Source of the DNA: Nitrosopumilaceae archaeon
GTDB lineage: Archaea > Thermoproteota > Nitrososphaeria > Nitrososphaerales > Nitrosopumilaceae
Length of the DNA: 64,000 nt
Assembly (NCBI GenBank): GCA_965208905.1
Contig: OZ242365.1
Span: 1,344,001-1,408,000, forward strand
Direction of reading: 5' to 3'
Shown one piece after another: positions 28,982-38,684 of the stretch (its first letter is position 1; every line of letters begins with the position of its first letter). Under the pieces are notes generated by a model that saw only the letters and a list, made by a program, of their open reading frames with translations, was not told the origin of the DNA and did no database searches. A program made the translations under genes and the position numbers.

Positions 28982-29383
28982 TTACCGTATATCTACGGTA
29001 GTTGTAGAATCTGGATTTGAAGAGAAAAGCCAGCCACGGGTTTGAGCTACTACTCTGAGATTCTTAGATATTCTCTTAATTTGACTTTTTGTAGAATTCC
29101 CAAACTCAATGAATGCATGTTCCTCGTATGGTATATGATCATCCACAACATCCAGATTCATGCGTGTACATTCGTTCACGGTCACAGCCATAACCCCGCT
29201 TGATTCTTTGTGTAATGTAGATGTATAATGTTGCCATGCTTTTTTAGCTGTTATTTGATCTCCATCGTAAACTGATAGACGGCACGGATCTCTTGATGAA
29301 GGACGAAATGCTCTAGATCCAGCACGACCTTCTCTAACGAAATTAGGATGAATCTGCCGGTATAGTTGGGTCTCACCATTCAT
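28982..29383 (-). CDS. Hypothetical protein, possible ART/RES-like fold
   Basis: LYRQIHP...AFRP...LSV...HAFI pattern. Confidence 0.5.
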   Translation of the reverse strand: MNGETQLYRQIHPNFVREGRAGSRAFRPSSRDPCRLSVYDGDQITAKKAWQHYTSTLHKESSGVMAVTVNECTRMNLDVVDDHIPYEEHAFIEFGNSTKSQIKRISKNLRVVAQTRGWLFSSNPDSTTTVDIR

Positions 29384-30507
29384 TTCAACATCTCTTTCAT
29401 GGAGCGTATTTGGTTAGCCACCCATTCCCAACTATCCTGCTTGTTAAGATCTAATACCGTCTCATCACTGGAATTAGTACTAACATCATACCAACTCCAT
29501 TCGCCACTATGCTTTACAAGATCTACCTCTAGGCTAATTTCCCGTTTACCTATACTCCATTCTAAATCAAGATCACCCTTGGGAGTGGGGTATATGTGAG
29601 GAAGCACAACATTGTTGGGATAATATTGCTTGAAGATGTCAGATAGCCAATCCAAGCCATCATGACTAGGAGCAACACCTTCACCATTTAACCAACCAGT
29701 TTTCATGGTACGCAGCTCATCTAACTGTACCAATACATCCAGTTTATCCAGTAAATGGATGTGAGTTATTGATTCAATAGAGATACGTCCATCTCGACTG
29801 TGCTGAACAGTACCCTGTATCTGTACTCTTGCATTGTCCTTATATCTGTCGAATGCTTTCATAATGATGTCATAGTAAGGGTCCGGCAGATGGCCTGTAA
29901 CTAACGGACCATAGACCTGTTGTAGACTAAATGTCATGTTTTTTTGATCTATCTTATGCACGGAGCCACGTAGAACTACCTCACTCGCACGCCTAATTGT
30001 GGATGTAAGAGATAGTACCTTATCGCGTATTTTTTTGGTTAGCCTAGCCGGAGTTTGATGCGTGGAGGCAGTCAACTCTAATGTCTCATCATCACGAAGA
30101 TTATGTCCTATATGCTTAAGGTGTTCTAACATGTCATACGATGGAACCTCGTCTGGTGGTAGTTGTTCATCCTGTGCCAGATGCTTAATAGTCTCTACTA
30201 TATACTCTTTCGCACTCTCAAAATATTTTTGGTGTAGTATCTGCCCATCCAATGTCTGTTGTGTTGTGGTGAGTTTGAATACTGGTACGGTGCTTCCACT
30301 TTCAATACTAACTAATTCCAAATCAACTTTACTAAAGTCAGGTGAAGAACGTCTACGATTTGGATTATCTTTTAAATACTGCCATCGCGCTACTTCTATC
30401 ACCATCTCTTGCAGGGCATGCAAGTTGGGAAGAACGTCTTTCGGTATCCCCCCGTTCTTAAATCGCGCTCCATCCAACCGAGGTCGTAAAAAATCTACGC
30501 TTGGCAT
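29380..30507 (-). CDS. Hypothetical protein translationally coupled to 28982-29383
   Basis: 375-aa ORF with ATGA overlap; C-terminal GWLNGEGVAP...HIYPTPKGDLDLEW domain. Confidence 0.65.
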   Translation of the reverse strand: MPSVDFLRPRLDGARFKNGGIPKDVLPNLHALQEMVIEVARWQYLKDNPNRRRSSPDFSKVDLELVSIESGSTVPVFKLTTTQQTLDGQILHQKYFESAKEYIVETIKHLAQDEQLPPDEVPSYDMLEHLKHIGHNLRDDETLELTASTHQTPARLTKKIRDKVLSLTSTIRRASEVVLRGSVHKIDQKNMTFSLQQVYGPLVTGHLPDPYYDIIMKAFDRYKDNARVQIQGTVQHSRDGRISIESITHIHLLDKLDVLVQLDELRTMKTGWLNGEGVAPSHDGLDWLSDIFKQYYPNNVVLPHIYPTPKGDLDLEWSIGKREISLEVDLVKHSGEWSWYDVSTNSSDETVLDLNKQDSWEWVANQIRSMKEMLK

Positions 30508-30845
30508 AAGATCACCAAAACAGGACAGACTTGGTGCGTACTACACAAAAACTTAAACTCGGCTTTCATCTACCCCTCAACACTATATCTACTATAATAA
30601 TCCATACCCGCTTAATCCAATTCAGATTTACCCTTCAATCCTGATGCTGAAAATACAAGAAGAGAACAAAAGATGTGACAGGCCTTGCAGGAAGAGTTCT
30701 GCTACAAAGCAGGAGATTATGTATGTAATAGTTGAAGTTAATTTTTCAAATTTGTATTTTTTAAACATTGTATTTCTCAGATCACTATACTATCATCTCA
30801 CCCACTTTCCAACATATTCTATCTCACGTTAACTTACCAGAAGCT

Positions 30846-31005
30846 ATGTGTCGTTGTTATATCGGCGACACATGTACTCTTCCTGTTGGACCTGAGAGTC
30901 GACAGGAACTGGCCCCTCCGAGGGCGCTTACCAGAATGGCTCAAGGTACGTGAAAAGCTTCAGCCCCTCCGAGGGCGGATGGAAGTTTACCATGGTCAGG
31001 TCCGA
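30846..31005 (+). ncRNA. Candidate IS110 bridge RNA
   Basis: Hairpin 30846-30873; closing stem GGACCTGA/TCAGGTCC; two identical hairpin caps GCCCCTCCGAGGGCG (30912, 30963). Confidence 0.55.
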
Positions 31006-31028
31006 CTATCCACTAAAAAGGAGGTGAA

Positions 31029-32057
31029 ATGAAAAAAAGAATTGCATTACATCGGAATTGACGTACACATGAGAAGATGTGTGGCCACCACCAAGGGAAG
31101 ATCCAAAAAGGTGTTAGACCAGTTTGAGTTCAACAACGACCTGCACGGGATACGTGCGTTCGCCAGCAGAATGCTGCGCCGCGAGTACACGCCGGCGGTA
31201 GCCGTCTTTGAGTCCACCGGTAACTATTGGAAGGTACTCCACAACGAGCTAGAGGAGACAGACATCAAGCCGGTCCTGGTCAACCCGTACGACCTCAAGA
31301 TCATCACTCAGGCAAAGTTTAAGGACGACCGGGTTGACTCTGAGAGGTTGTCCGACCTAGCCAGGGGAGACCTGTATAGACCATCCTACGTTCCCACCCA
31401 GAAAGAGATGGACCTGCGCGAGCTTACCCGCACCCGCCTGGATTTGCGGTACGACGCCACCGAACACAAGAACCACGTGCACGCTATCCTGACCAAATAT
31501 CCGCTCAAGAGGCCCCCGAATATCTACACGGCCAAGGGTATGGAATGGCTGCAGACCGCACCCGTCCGGAACTACGACCGAATGGCGCTTGACTCCCACC
31601 TGTATATCCTTAATGCTACCGAGAGACGCATATCCCTGCTGGAAAAGGAGATCTGCAGGATAGCCATCTTTGACCCGCGGGCCCGTCTTATGATGACCAT
31701 GCCCGGGGTGGGACCGGTCACCGCGGTGACCGTCCTGGCGGAGATAGGGGACACAGGCCGGTTCGCCAGGCCTGAGCAGCTGACCGCCTACGCGGGTCTG
31801 GTGCCGTCCCACAGGAACAGCGCAGACACAGTCCGGACCGGCGGCATCACCAAAGTCCGGATCCCGCTGGCTCAGGAACGCGGCCGTAGAGGCGGCGTTC
31901 GTGGCTGTCCGGCACGACCCATACCGCAAGGGTAGATACGAGCGACTGGCCGCCAGGAGAGGCCCGCAGAAGGCTCGGGTCGCCGCGGCTCGGGAGATGC
32001 TAGAGGACATGTGGTACATGCTGACCAGGAACGAACCATATAACCATCCCAACTAAA
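31029..32057 (+). pseudogene. IS110 DEDD transposase, frameshifted
   Basis: YIGIDVH, FESTG, KDDRVDS, MTMPGVGP, YAGLVPS; frame changes near 31855 and in the A7 run after the SD-preceded ATG at 31029. Confidence 0.85.
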
Positions 32058-33439
32058 CCATGACCAACCGCAAGATGACCAACGCCAGGCGCGTGGCCAA
32101 CCGGGATATTGCCTAGGGTATACCGGTTCGGGGGCGTTTCGCCGCCCCCTGCCCAGCGAGGGGCGGCTCAACGCCCTTTGTACCTCCCCGCCGTCTGGTT
32201 GCTCAAAAATAATGCAGTAGAAAGCCAACCATCTGCAACTTCACGGGGTTAACACCTGCCCTTTTCCCCGGGGACGCGTGGGGGATTCTGCGCACCATAA
32301 TTTCCTATACGCCCGCAATCCACTTGGAACATACACTCAAACCACTTTGGATGGGGTTTACATACTGTATAATGCCGTATTGGTGCCCCCATCTTGCAAA
32401 AAGATACTCTAATACTTAAAAATCAGACAGACCCATACCATTTGGACCGGATCAAATGTATTACCAACACATAACATCAATGGGTTTTAGCAACCCAAAC
32501 ACATGGAAGTTCCCTGTGCATATAGCGTGTGATGCAAAAATTTGCTTCGGAAGGCTCAAGCCAAGGCTCACAGGGGTTCATAACCGACGATACAGCAAGA
32601 TATGCTATATAATCCAAGCAGCCCCACAGACTTTATGGAGGGTTAGAACAAAAACCAGATGTAAAGTAGGCCCGCTGAAGTATATTCGCCGGCGCGTTGG
32701 AATCGGCGCAGTCGCCCACATGATATGCATGAACACAATTCGTTATTTTGACTCTTCCTGCCTATACACGTAGCATGTCTGGCTGGCCGTTCAACGACTC
32801 AGTTATACACAAAGCGCTGTACATGCCATATATCGCCGATACGGCGTGCTTGCGAATCATACGGAATCCGATGTAGTACATGGCATTGTATCACTCTTAA
32901 AAATGTGGAGTTTTGGTTTTCGATATGTCCGGTTAAGTATGTTATTTCCGCAATCTTGCACGCGCAGATTATATACGGTATGCGTGTTGGAGTATGTACA
33001 TAACATGGTGACCTCCACAACTCAACAGGGGGAAAGACATCTGGAGTATACTAAAAACCAAACCATCATGGTGTCCGGTTGTACAGGATTTATTGGATCC
33101 CATCTTACAACAAGACTCTCTTCAATGGGATACTCTGTGCGCGGCTTGACAAGAAAGGACATGAATGATCATGACAATATCACATATGTGAAAGCAGATG
33201 TCTTTGATCTTCCAAGTCTGACTAGTGTCATGAAAGGGGTGGATGTGGCATATTACCTACTTCATTCCATGGAGGGTGGCAAAGGTGACTGGCAAGACTT
33301 TGCCAAGAGGGAGAAGGAACAAGCTATGAACTTTCTTCAGGCCGCAAATACATCAAATGTCAAGAGAATCATATATCTTGGATGGAGTGGACCCCATAGA
33401 ATGTTACTGTTTTCGGCATGATTTTACATACATCTTCCA

Positions 33440-34300
33440 TCATTTATTTGTCATCTCCAACTGTTCGGCAAATTCTACTGGTGTCATGTATCCGATAGAG
33501 GAATGAATCCTCTCGGTGTTGTAATCTACAAAGGCCTTTGCAATGATCGTCTCTGCCTCCTGATAGTTCGCAAACTCGTGCGGCCAGATGTATTCCTTTT
33601 TCAGCGTCTTGTGAAATGATTCGACATGTCCGTTCTGCTCCGGCGTATTCTTGTAGATGAATTCATGTTTGCCGATGCCAAGGGCCTGAACCGCATGTCT
33701 AAAGTCGCGGCTCGTATACTGGTTGCCGTTGTCCGTACGCAATCGTAATTGTGAGCAGTCAGGTTTCTCTGCGGCAACCGCGTTGGTGATTGAGGTGATT
33801 GCAATGTCTCGTGTGGCATTGACATCAAACGCGTAGGCGATCCACTTGCGCGTAAAGCAGTCAATTACGTTGAAGCAGTAGCACCAGCCGTCTATACCGC
33901 ACCAGATGTATGTGATGTCCGTCTCCCACAACTGGTGTGGGGCTTTGGGTTTGAAGAGCTTTTGACCCGCTCGAATGATGTCGTTTTTGGTATTTTGTGG
34001 CTGGATGTAGCCCATTTTGCGATATATCCGCTGTATCTGCTTGCGGTTCACCACAATTCCCGTATCGCGCGTTATCTGGGCCGCCATGCGCCGTGTGCCG
34101 TACGTGGGCCTCTTTCTGCTCGTATCTAGCACAGTGCTCAATATATCCGGATTCAATCCCATGTCTCTGGGCTTGGGTTTGTAGTACCATTGGCGCCTGG
34201 ATACGCCCGCATACCCTAGCGACTTGCGCAGGCTCAAATGTTGTTCCTGCATGATTTTTACCGCGTTCAATCGTTGCTTGCCTCCAAGGTTTTTTTTAAA
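33440..34300 (-). CDS. IS3 OrfB (DDE), probably reached by -1 frameshift
   Basis: YGTRRM, WETDITYI, VIDCFTR, RTDNGNQY, NGHVESFH; slippery TTTAAAAAAAAC at about 34289-34300. Confidence 0.88.
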   Translation of the reverse strand, partial: FKKNLGGKQRLNAVKIMQEQHLSLRKSLGYAGVSRRQWYYKPKPRDMGLNPDILSTVLDTSRKRPTYGTRRMAAQITRDTGIVVNRKQIQRIYRKMGYIQPQNTKNDIIRAGQKLFKPKAPHQLWETDITYIWCGIDGWCYCFNVIDCFTRKWIAYAFDVNATRDIAITSITNAVAAEKPDCSQLRLRTDNGNQYTSRDFRHAVQALGIGKHEFIYKNTPEQNGHVESFHKTLKKEYIWPHEFANYQEAETIIAKAFVDYNTERIHSSIGYMTPVEFAEQLEMTNK

Positions 34301-34557
34301 GCGTCGTTTGCGATTGTCAGATCCCCTATGATTCGCTTTAGGTCGCCGTTCTCCTTTTTGATGGCCTTTATCGGATCCTTCTTTCCGTGATGGGTCAGTC
34401 CGGACTTGCCTGCGTCCATGAACTTTTGCCGCCAGGCTTGAAACGTTTGGGGATGAACGTTGTGCTTGCGGCACAGCTCGGCCGTGCCAATATTGGTCTT
34501 GATTGATTCCAAAACGATCTGGATCTTTTGGTCTGGAGTAAACTTTGTTCTTACCAT
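34267..34557 (-). CDS. IS3 OrfA (HTH)
   Basis: KFTPDQKIQIV...ELCRKHNV...WRQKF...ENGDLKRIIG. Confidence 0.88.
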   Translation of the reverse strand: MVRTKFTPDQKIQIVLESIKTNIGTAELCRKHNVHPQTFQAWRQKFMDAGKSGLTHHGKKDPIKAIKKENGDLKRIIGDLTIANDALKKTLEASND

Positions 34558-35632
34558 GGCATCATCCCTCCCATTACGACTTTAAGCTGTATGAACGTGA
34601 GTGTTCTCATTCTAGCGGGGTCCCCACCATGGAGGGCTGGTCAGTAGTGATGGCTCTGAACTCTCACCTCACATGGAGAGTAGAATAAAGGTAGGTCAAA
34701 TTCTTGCATCGGGAAGTATTCCTGTTACAGAACTGCGTGCGTCCATAATAATCGGTGCTCGCGGAGGATCCTTTATGATGTTGAGGTACTTGGTTGAGAG
34801 GCTTAGGTTTATGGTCTGTCCATCGTGGGTGGGCTCATATACCCAACCAATTGCGGTTGATGATGTGGTGGCGTACCTTGTGGGATGCCTTGAGAAGAAG
34901 GAGTCAACTGGTCGAATTTTTGAGATTGGTGGTCCGGACAAGATGACATATGAGCAGCTTATGCGCACGTATTCTACATATTTAGATCGTACATTATTTA
35001 TACTAAATGTACCATTTCTGACTACTCGCCTGTCATCCTTGTGGGTTGATCTGATAACTCCCGTCAAGGCGGCGCTTGCAAGGCCTTTGATAGACAGTCT
35101 AGTACACGACTCGGTTGTCACAGATTCATCGATTGACAAGATAATGCCGATGAAACTAAAGACGGTCACCGAGTCCATTGACATTGCCATTAAAGAAGCA
35201 GACTCCAACTCTGATAGTGCTGTTATTAGACGCAATGCGAAGACCGGGTTTGGACTAAACCAAAAGATTGTACTATTTTCGCTGATTGCCTTGGGGATAT
35301 GCGGTACGTCATATTACTGGTTGGATGATCGGCCTGTTGTGTATGAACCACTTTGGCTGTCTGTCTCTTCTGTATGGTATGTCATTATTGCCTTTGCAGT
35401 AATTATGGTTCGCAACGAGACGAGATTAGGTTATATGGTTGCAGGGGTCCTGGCCTGGGTGACACTGTCGTTTTGGCTGTTTGACAACTTTTATGTTGTG
35501 TTTGACGCATCGATCATCTCTACTGAACCAAACTTTATGATGACTATCCGTAATTTTGTGGGAGTTGTTGTTGCCGCCACGGCAATTATTGCTTCCCATA
35601 ACCTATTCCACAAGAGCGTTTATACGTGATCA

Positions 35633-37002
35633 GGAGCTGTCAAATCTTAGAGGGATATGACAGCCTGCCGTACGGCAGATGTTGGCGAGTTGCCATCCAG
35701 AGGAGATTCCATGAGATGTTCCTTGTTGGTCAGGCTTTGATGCCCGTCCTTTGGACAGCCTGTACCGGCCATCACGTCACCAACGACACTGGGTATAGTG
35801 AGTGTCGCAAGATGTATCTTCCCTCTCAAGACCATTCCGGCCTTGGCTTGCAGTGAATAAACGGCCTGCGCGCGTTTACTCCACTACACTGTATAAAAAG
35901 TGAATAATATGTTGAACGCGGCATTGACATCCGCGTGCTGTACAACGCCGCACTCACGGCACCTGAACCGGCTGCCGTCGCGCCACGTGTTTGTGCTGCC
36001 GTATACACAGCACTGCTGTGATGTGTATTTCGGGTCAATCTCGGCATACTCGGTGTTGTGTTGCAAAGCCTGTTGTGCCAACAAAGCCCGCGCCTCACCG
36101 CACTTGAACTGCCGCATTAGACGGTTCTTGTTCTTCTGGCCTGGGCCCTTGGTCGTCATTGTACGGAGGTTCATGCCCTCCATGATTATTTTGTCGCATT
36201 GCGCAAATAGTTTTTTGGCAAACTTGCGCAGCTTGTCTGTTTGCCGGTTTCCCATCTTGCGGTATATGCTTTGCAGCTGCGCGTGCAGTGTCCACCACTT
36301 GTGGGAGTGAAGTTTGCAATGAGACATCTTCTTTTGAATACGCGCGATGTTCCGTATAGTGTCCTTCTCGCGCAGTGTAGTCATCTCTATTCTGCCGTCC
36401 GATTTTGCCACCACAAGCGTTTGTTTGCCGCCCATGTCAATTCCCGCATGTACGCCGGTACATACACGGTCCGGAACGTGTTCACGTATAGTAACATGCA
36501 GCTCAAACTGTCTTTCCCTGTCCGCATTATTCGTCACATCCACAATTTTGTACGACTGCAATGTGTCGGGCAGGCGTCCTTTCTGGAGTTTGAAAGGTTT
36601 GTCGCACTTTGGGCAATACACTGTATTACCCTTGGACTTTTTGCCAAGCGGCATATTACTATACAGTGGGTAAACCTTCTTGCCATACTTTACGTGAGTG
36701 CACCCCCCCATCTTGTGGCCTTCCTTGATGGCTCCGTGAACCCAAGACTGTGGTATGCCCTGGCATATGGTGGCTATTTTGTTGGTGTCAAACACCGACA
36801 GCCCGGCCCGGCGCGCCTTTATCCCCGCATTGAGCCACACATGACTCTCCGAGTACATGGAGTCAAAATATCTGGTCAGCCTGGCAGATGTCTTTAAACG
36901 GTATTGGACAGTCTTTATGACGTACTTTCCACCATTATACTTCATGTGTGGTTTATAACTTGGTGCTATTTAAGCGGTATCCCCCTAAGATTTGACAGTA
37001 CC
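35633..37002 (-). mobile_element. Non-autonomous TIR element carrying only tnpB (element B1, 1370 bp)
   Basis: TIR GGAGCTGTCAAATCTTAGAGGGATA versus GGTACTGTCAAATCTTAGGGGGATA (22/25); TSD CGTGATCA at 35625-35632 and 37003-37010. Confidence 0.92.
35884..36945 (-). CDS. tnpB: TnpB family nuclease, copy B1 (early TAG after RuvC-III; one zinc-finger Cys replaced by Tyr)
   Basis: GIDMGG, IIMEGM, HADVNAAFNI; TSQQCCVYG. Confidence 0.88.
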   Translation of the reverse strand: MKYNGGKYVIKTVQYRLKTSARLTRYFDSMYSESHVWLNAGIKARRAGLSVFDTNKIATICQGIPQSWVHGAIKEGHKMGGCTHVKYGKKVYPLYSNMPLGKKSKGNTVYCPKCDKPFKLQKGRLPDTLQSYKIVDVTNNADRERQFELHVTIREHVPDRVCTGVHAGIDMGGKQTLVVAKSDGRIEMTTLREKDTIRNIARIQKKMSHCKLHSHKWWTLHAQLQSIYRKMGNRQTDKLRKFAKKLFAQCDKIIMEGMNLRTMTTKGPGQKNKNRLMRQFKCGEARALLAQQALQHNTEYAEIDPKYTSQQCCVYGSTNTWRDGSRFRCRECGVVQHADVNAAFNILFTFYTV

Positions 37003-37215
37003 CGTGATCAATATAATTTAGTAGGGCATTATATGTTTGGGTAGGTATACGTGGTATGCGCATATGTTACCCGTATGTGACTCTACCATAACAAATCTCC
37101 CAAATACTTTACGTTGTAATTGTAGAGGTGATGCTGTTTGACATTAGCTCTATTGTATACCTACTGCGTCTGTATGCATTCAAGGATGTTACCAACTACA
37201 ATATCAATAGTACGA

Positions 37216-37527
37216 TTATGCTTTCTGAACTAGGTATATGGTCTGCTTACCTCTACTGAATATCGATATGTGTACTTTGTCGGCGCCCTGATCCAACCAC
37301 GGAGTGTATGCTTTTTTGTCTTGTGTAAGCAGATCACAATCGTTATCTAGACAGTATGATGCTATTACGTGGTCCGAACTGTCGGATGGCAGATTAGGTG
37401 ATTCTCCGACATATTTGACATCCGTGTATGCTTGTCTGATCTGCTCCTCGTTGTCCGTTCCCCACCCTTTTGTCTGAGCGTCTACAAGTACACTGGTGCC
37501 CATAATGCTTGGTTTGATTCCAAACAT
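37216..37527 (-). CDS. PIN-like domain protein (DUF5615/Mut7-C type)
   Basis: VLVDAQ...SDHVIASYC...LLTQDK. Confidence 0.6.
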   Translation of the reverse strand: MFGIKPSIMGTSVLVDAQTKGWGTDNEEQIRQAYTDVKYVGESPNLPSDSSDHVIASYCLDNDCDLLTQDKKAYTPWLDQGADKVHISIFSRGKQTIYLVQKA

Positions 37528-37775
37528 AATAATCTATGGGAATCATACATGATAGTTCACAGAACGCACTGTATACTCCGAGCTATATGGTGGGTATGTG
37601 TGGTCGCCGCACTTTATACGAAATTATTTGCTTTTAATTCTGGTTTTGGTGTGAGATTGTACGCATTGTGGCGTGCTTACTCAGCGATACTATTCCCGAT
37701 CTGATGCAGGTGACACATATATAATTGACTTAAAAAGGTTTTTAATTTATAAGTGAGTACTATACTTGACATATT

Positions 37776-38684
37776 ATGACGAGTAATAGCTTGGGAAACG
37801 TCTGCGAACGATGTAGTAAAGGCTCACTGATAACAGACAATGAGTCAGGTGAGATATACTGTGGCAGTTGTGGATACGTGGTACCTGAAAAACTACAAGA
37901 GTCTGGACCAGAATGGAGATCATTTACACAAGACGAACGCGGCGATAGGGCTCGCGCTGGTGCGCCCACATCACTAAGTATGCATGACATGGGACTGGCG
38001 ACTGTGATAAACTCACAAAACAAAGATGCCTCTGGCAGACCTTTGGCTTCATCCATGAAGAGTACAATCGAGCGTCTTAGAACATGGGATAATAGAAGTC
38101 AGGTACACGAACCCATGGACCGAAACTTCCGGCAAGCATTTGGCGAACTAAACAGACTAAAAGACAAACTAGCACTATCCGATACTGTAGTCGAAAAAGC
38201 TGCATACATATACCGCAAAGCCTTGGACAAGGGTCTTGTAAGGGGTCGTTCTATATCCGCCCTGATGGCATCCGCCCTGTTTGCTGCGTGCAGAGACACT
38301 GAAACGGCGCGCAATATCAAAGATGTTGAGGCTGCATCCAATATAAAAAAGAAGGATATTGCCCGTTGTTATAGACTGTTGCTCAAGGAGCTTGATCTTC
38401 GAATGCCTGTACCAGACCCCATACACTGCGTATCGAGAATTGCCAGCCAGATAGGTATAGCTGAGAAGACAAAGCGGTATGCGATACAAGCGTTAAAGGA
38501 GGCACAAGAGAAAGAAGTGTCTGCAGGAAAAGATCCAATGGGTCTAGCCGCCGCAGCTTTGTACTTGGCATGTGTCAAGAATGGTGAAAGCAAGACTCAG
38601 CGAGATATTGCAGTGGCTGCCAACGTAACTGAAGTTACCATCAGGAATCGTTACAAAGGACTCAAAGACTCCCTAAATATCTAA
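37776..38684 (+). CDS. tfb: Transcription initiation factor IIB
   Basis: CERC...CGSCG ribbon, GPEWRSF, GLVRGRS, GKDPMGLAAAALY, VTEVTIRNRYK. Confidence 0.97.
   Translation: MTSNSLGNVCERCSKGSLITDNESGEIYCGSCGYVVPEKLQESGPEWRSFTQDERGDRARAGAPTSLSMHDMGLATVINSQNKDASGRPLASSMKSTIERLRTWDNRSQVHEPMDRNFRQAFGELNRLKDKLALSDTVVEKAAYIYRKALDKGLVRGRSISALMASALFAACRDTETARNIKDVEAASNIKKKDIARCYRLLLKELDLRMPVPDPIHCVSRIASQIGIAEKTKRYAIQALKEAQEKEVSAGKDPMGLAAAALYLACVKNGESKTQRDIAVAANVTEVTIRNRYKGLKDSLNI

Larger units (their letters stand above)
24397..30844. mobile_element. About 6.4-kb transposon-like element bounded by 50-bp inverted repeats
   Basis: 24404-24453 versus 30795-30844, 46/50 inverted identity with outer 27 bp perfect; left end preceded by TGT at 24397. 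Confidence 0.8.
30845..32330 (+). mobile_element. IS110-family element, right end uncertain
   Basis: Transposase gene, structured 5' non-coding end, visibly higher GC than flanks. Confidence 0.7.
33383..34629 (-). mobile_element. IS3-family insertion sequence
   Basis: TG...CA ends, imperfect TIR (TGGAGTGGACCCCATAGAATG), TSD TGGA at 33379-33382 and 34630-34633. Confidence 0.92.
33005..35629 (+). pseudogene. NAD(P)-binding epimerase/SDR-like protein with C-terminal TM region, split by IS3
   Basis: VSGCTGFIGS; removing the IS restores in-frame RIIYLG-GLVSS...SPHMESR. Confidence 0.88.

Noticed and set aside
32340-33000. ORF 32456-32773 and the upstream extension of 32846
   Set aside because: No recognisable motifs; probably decayed sequence, and the epimerase gene more plausibly starts at 33005
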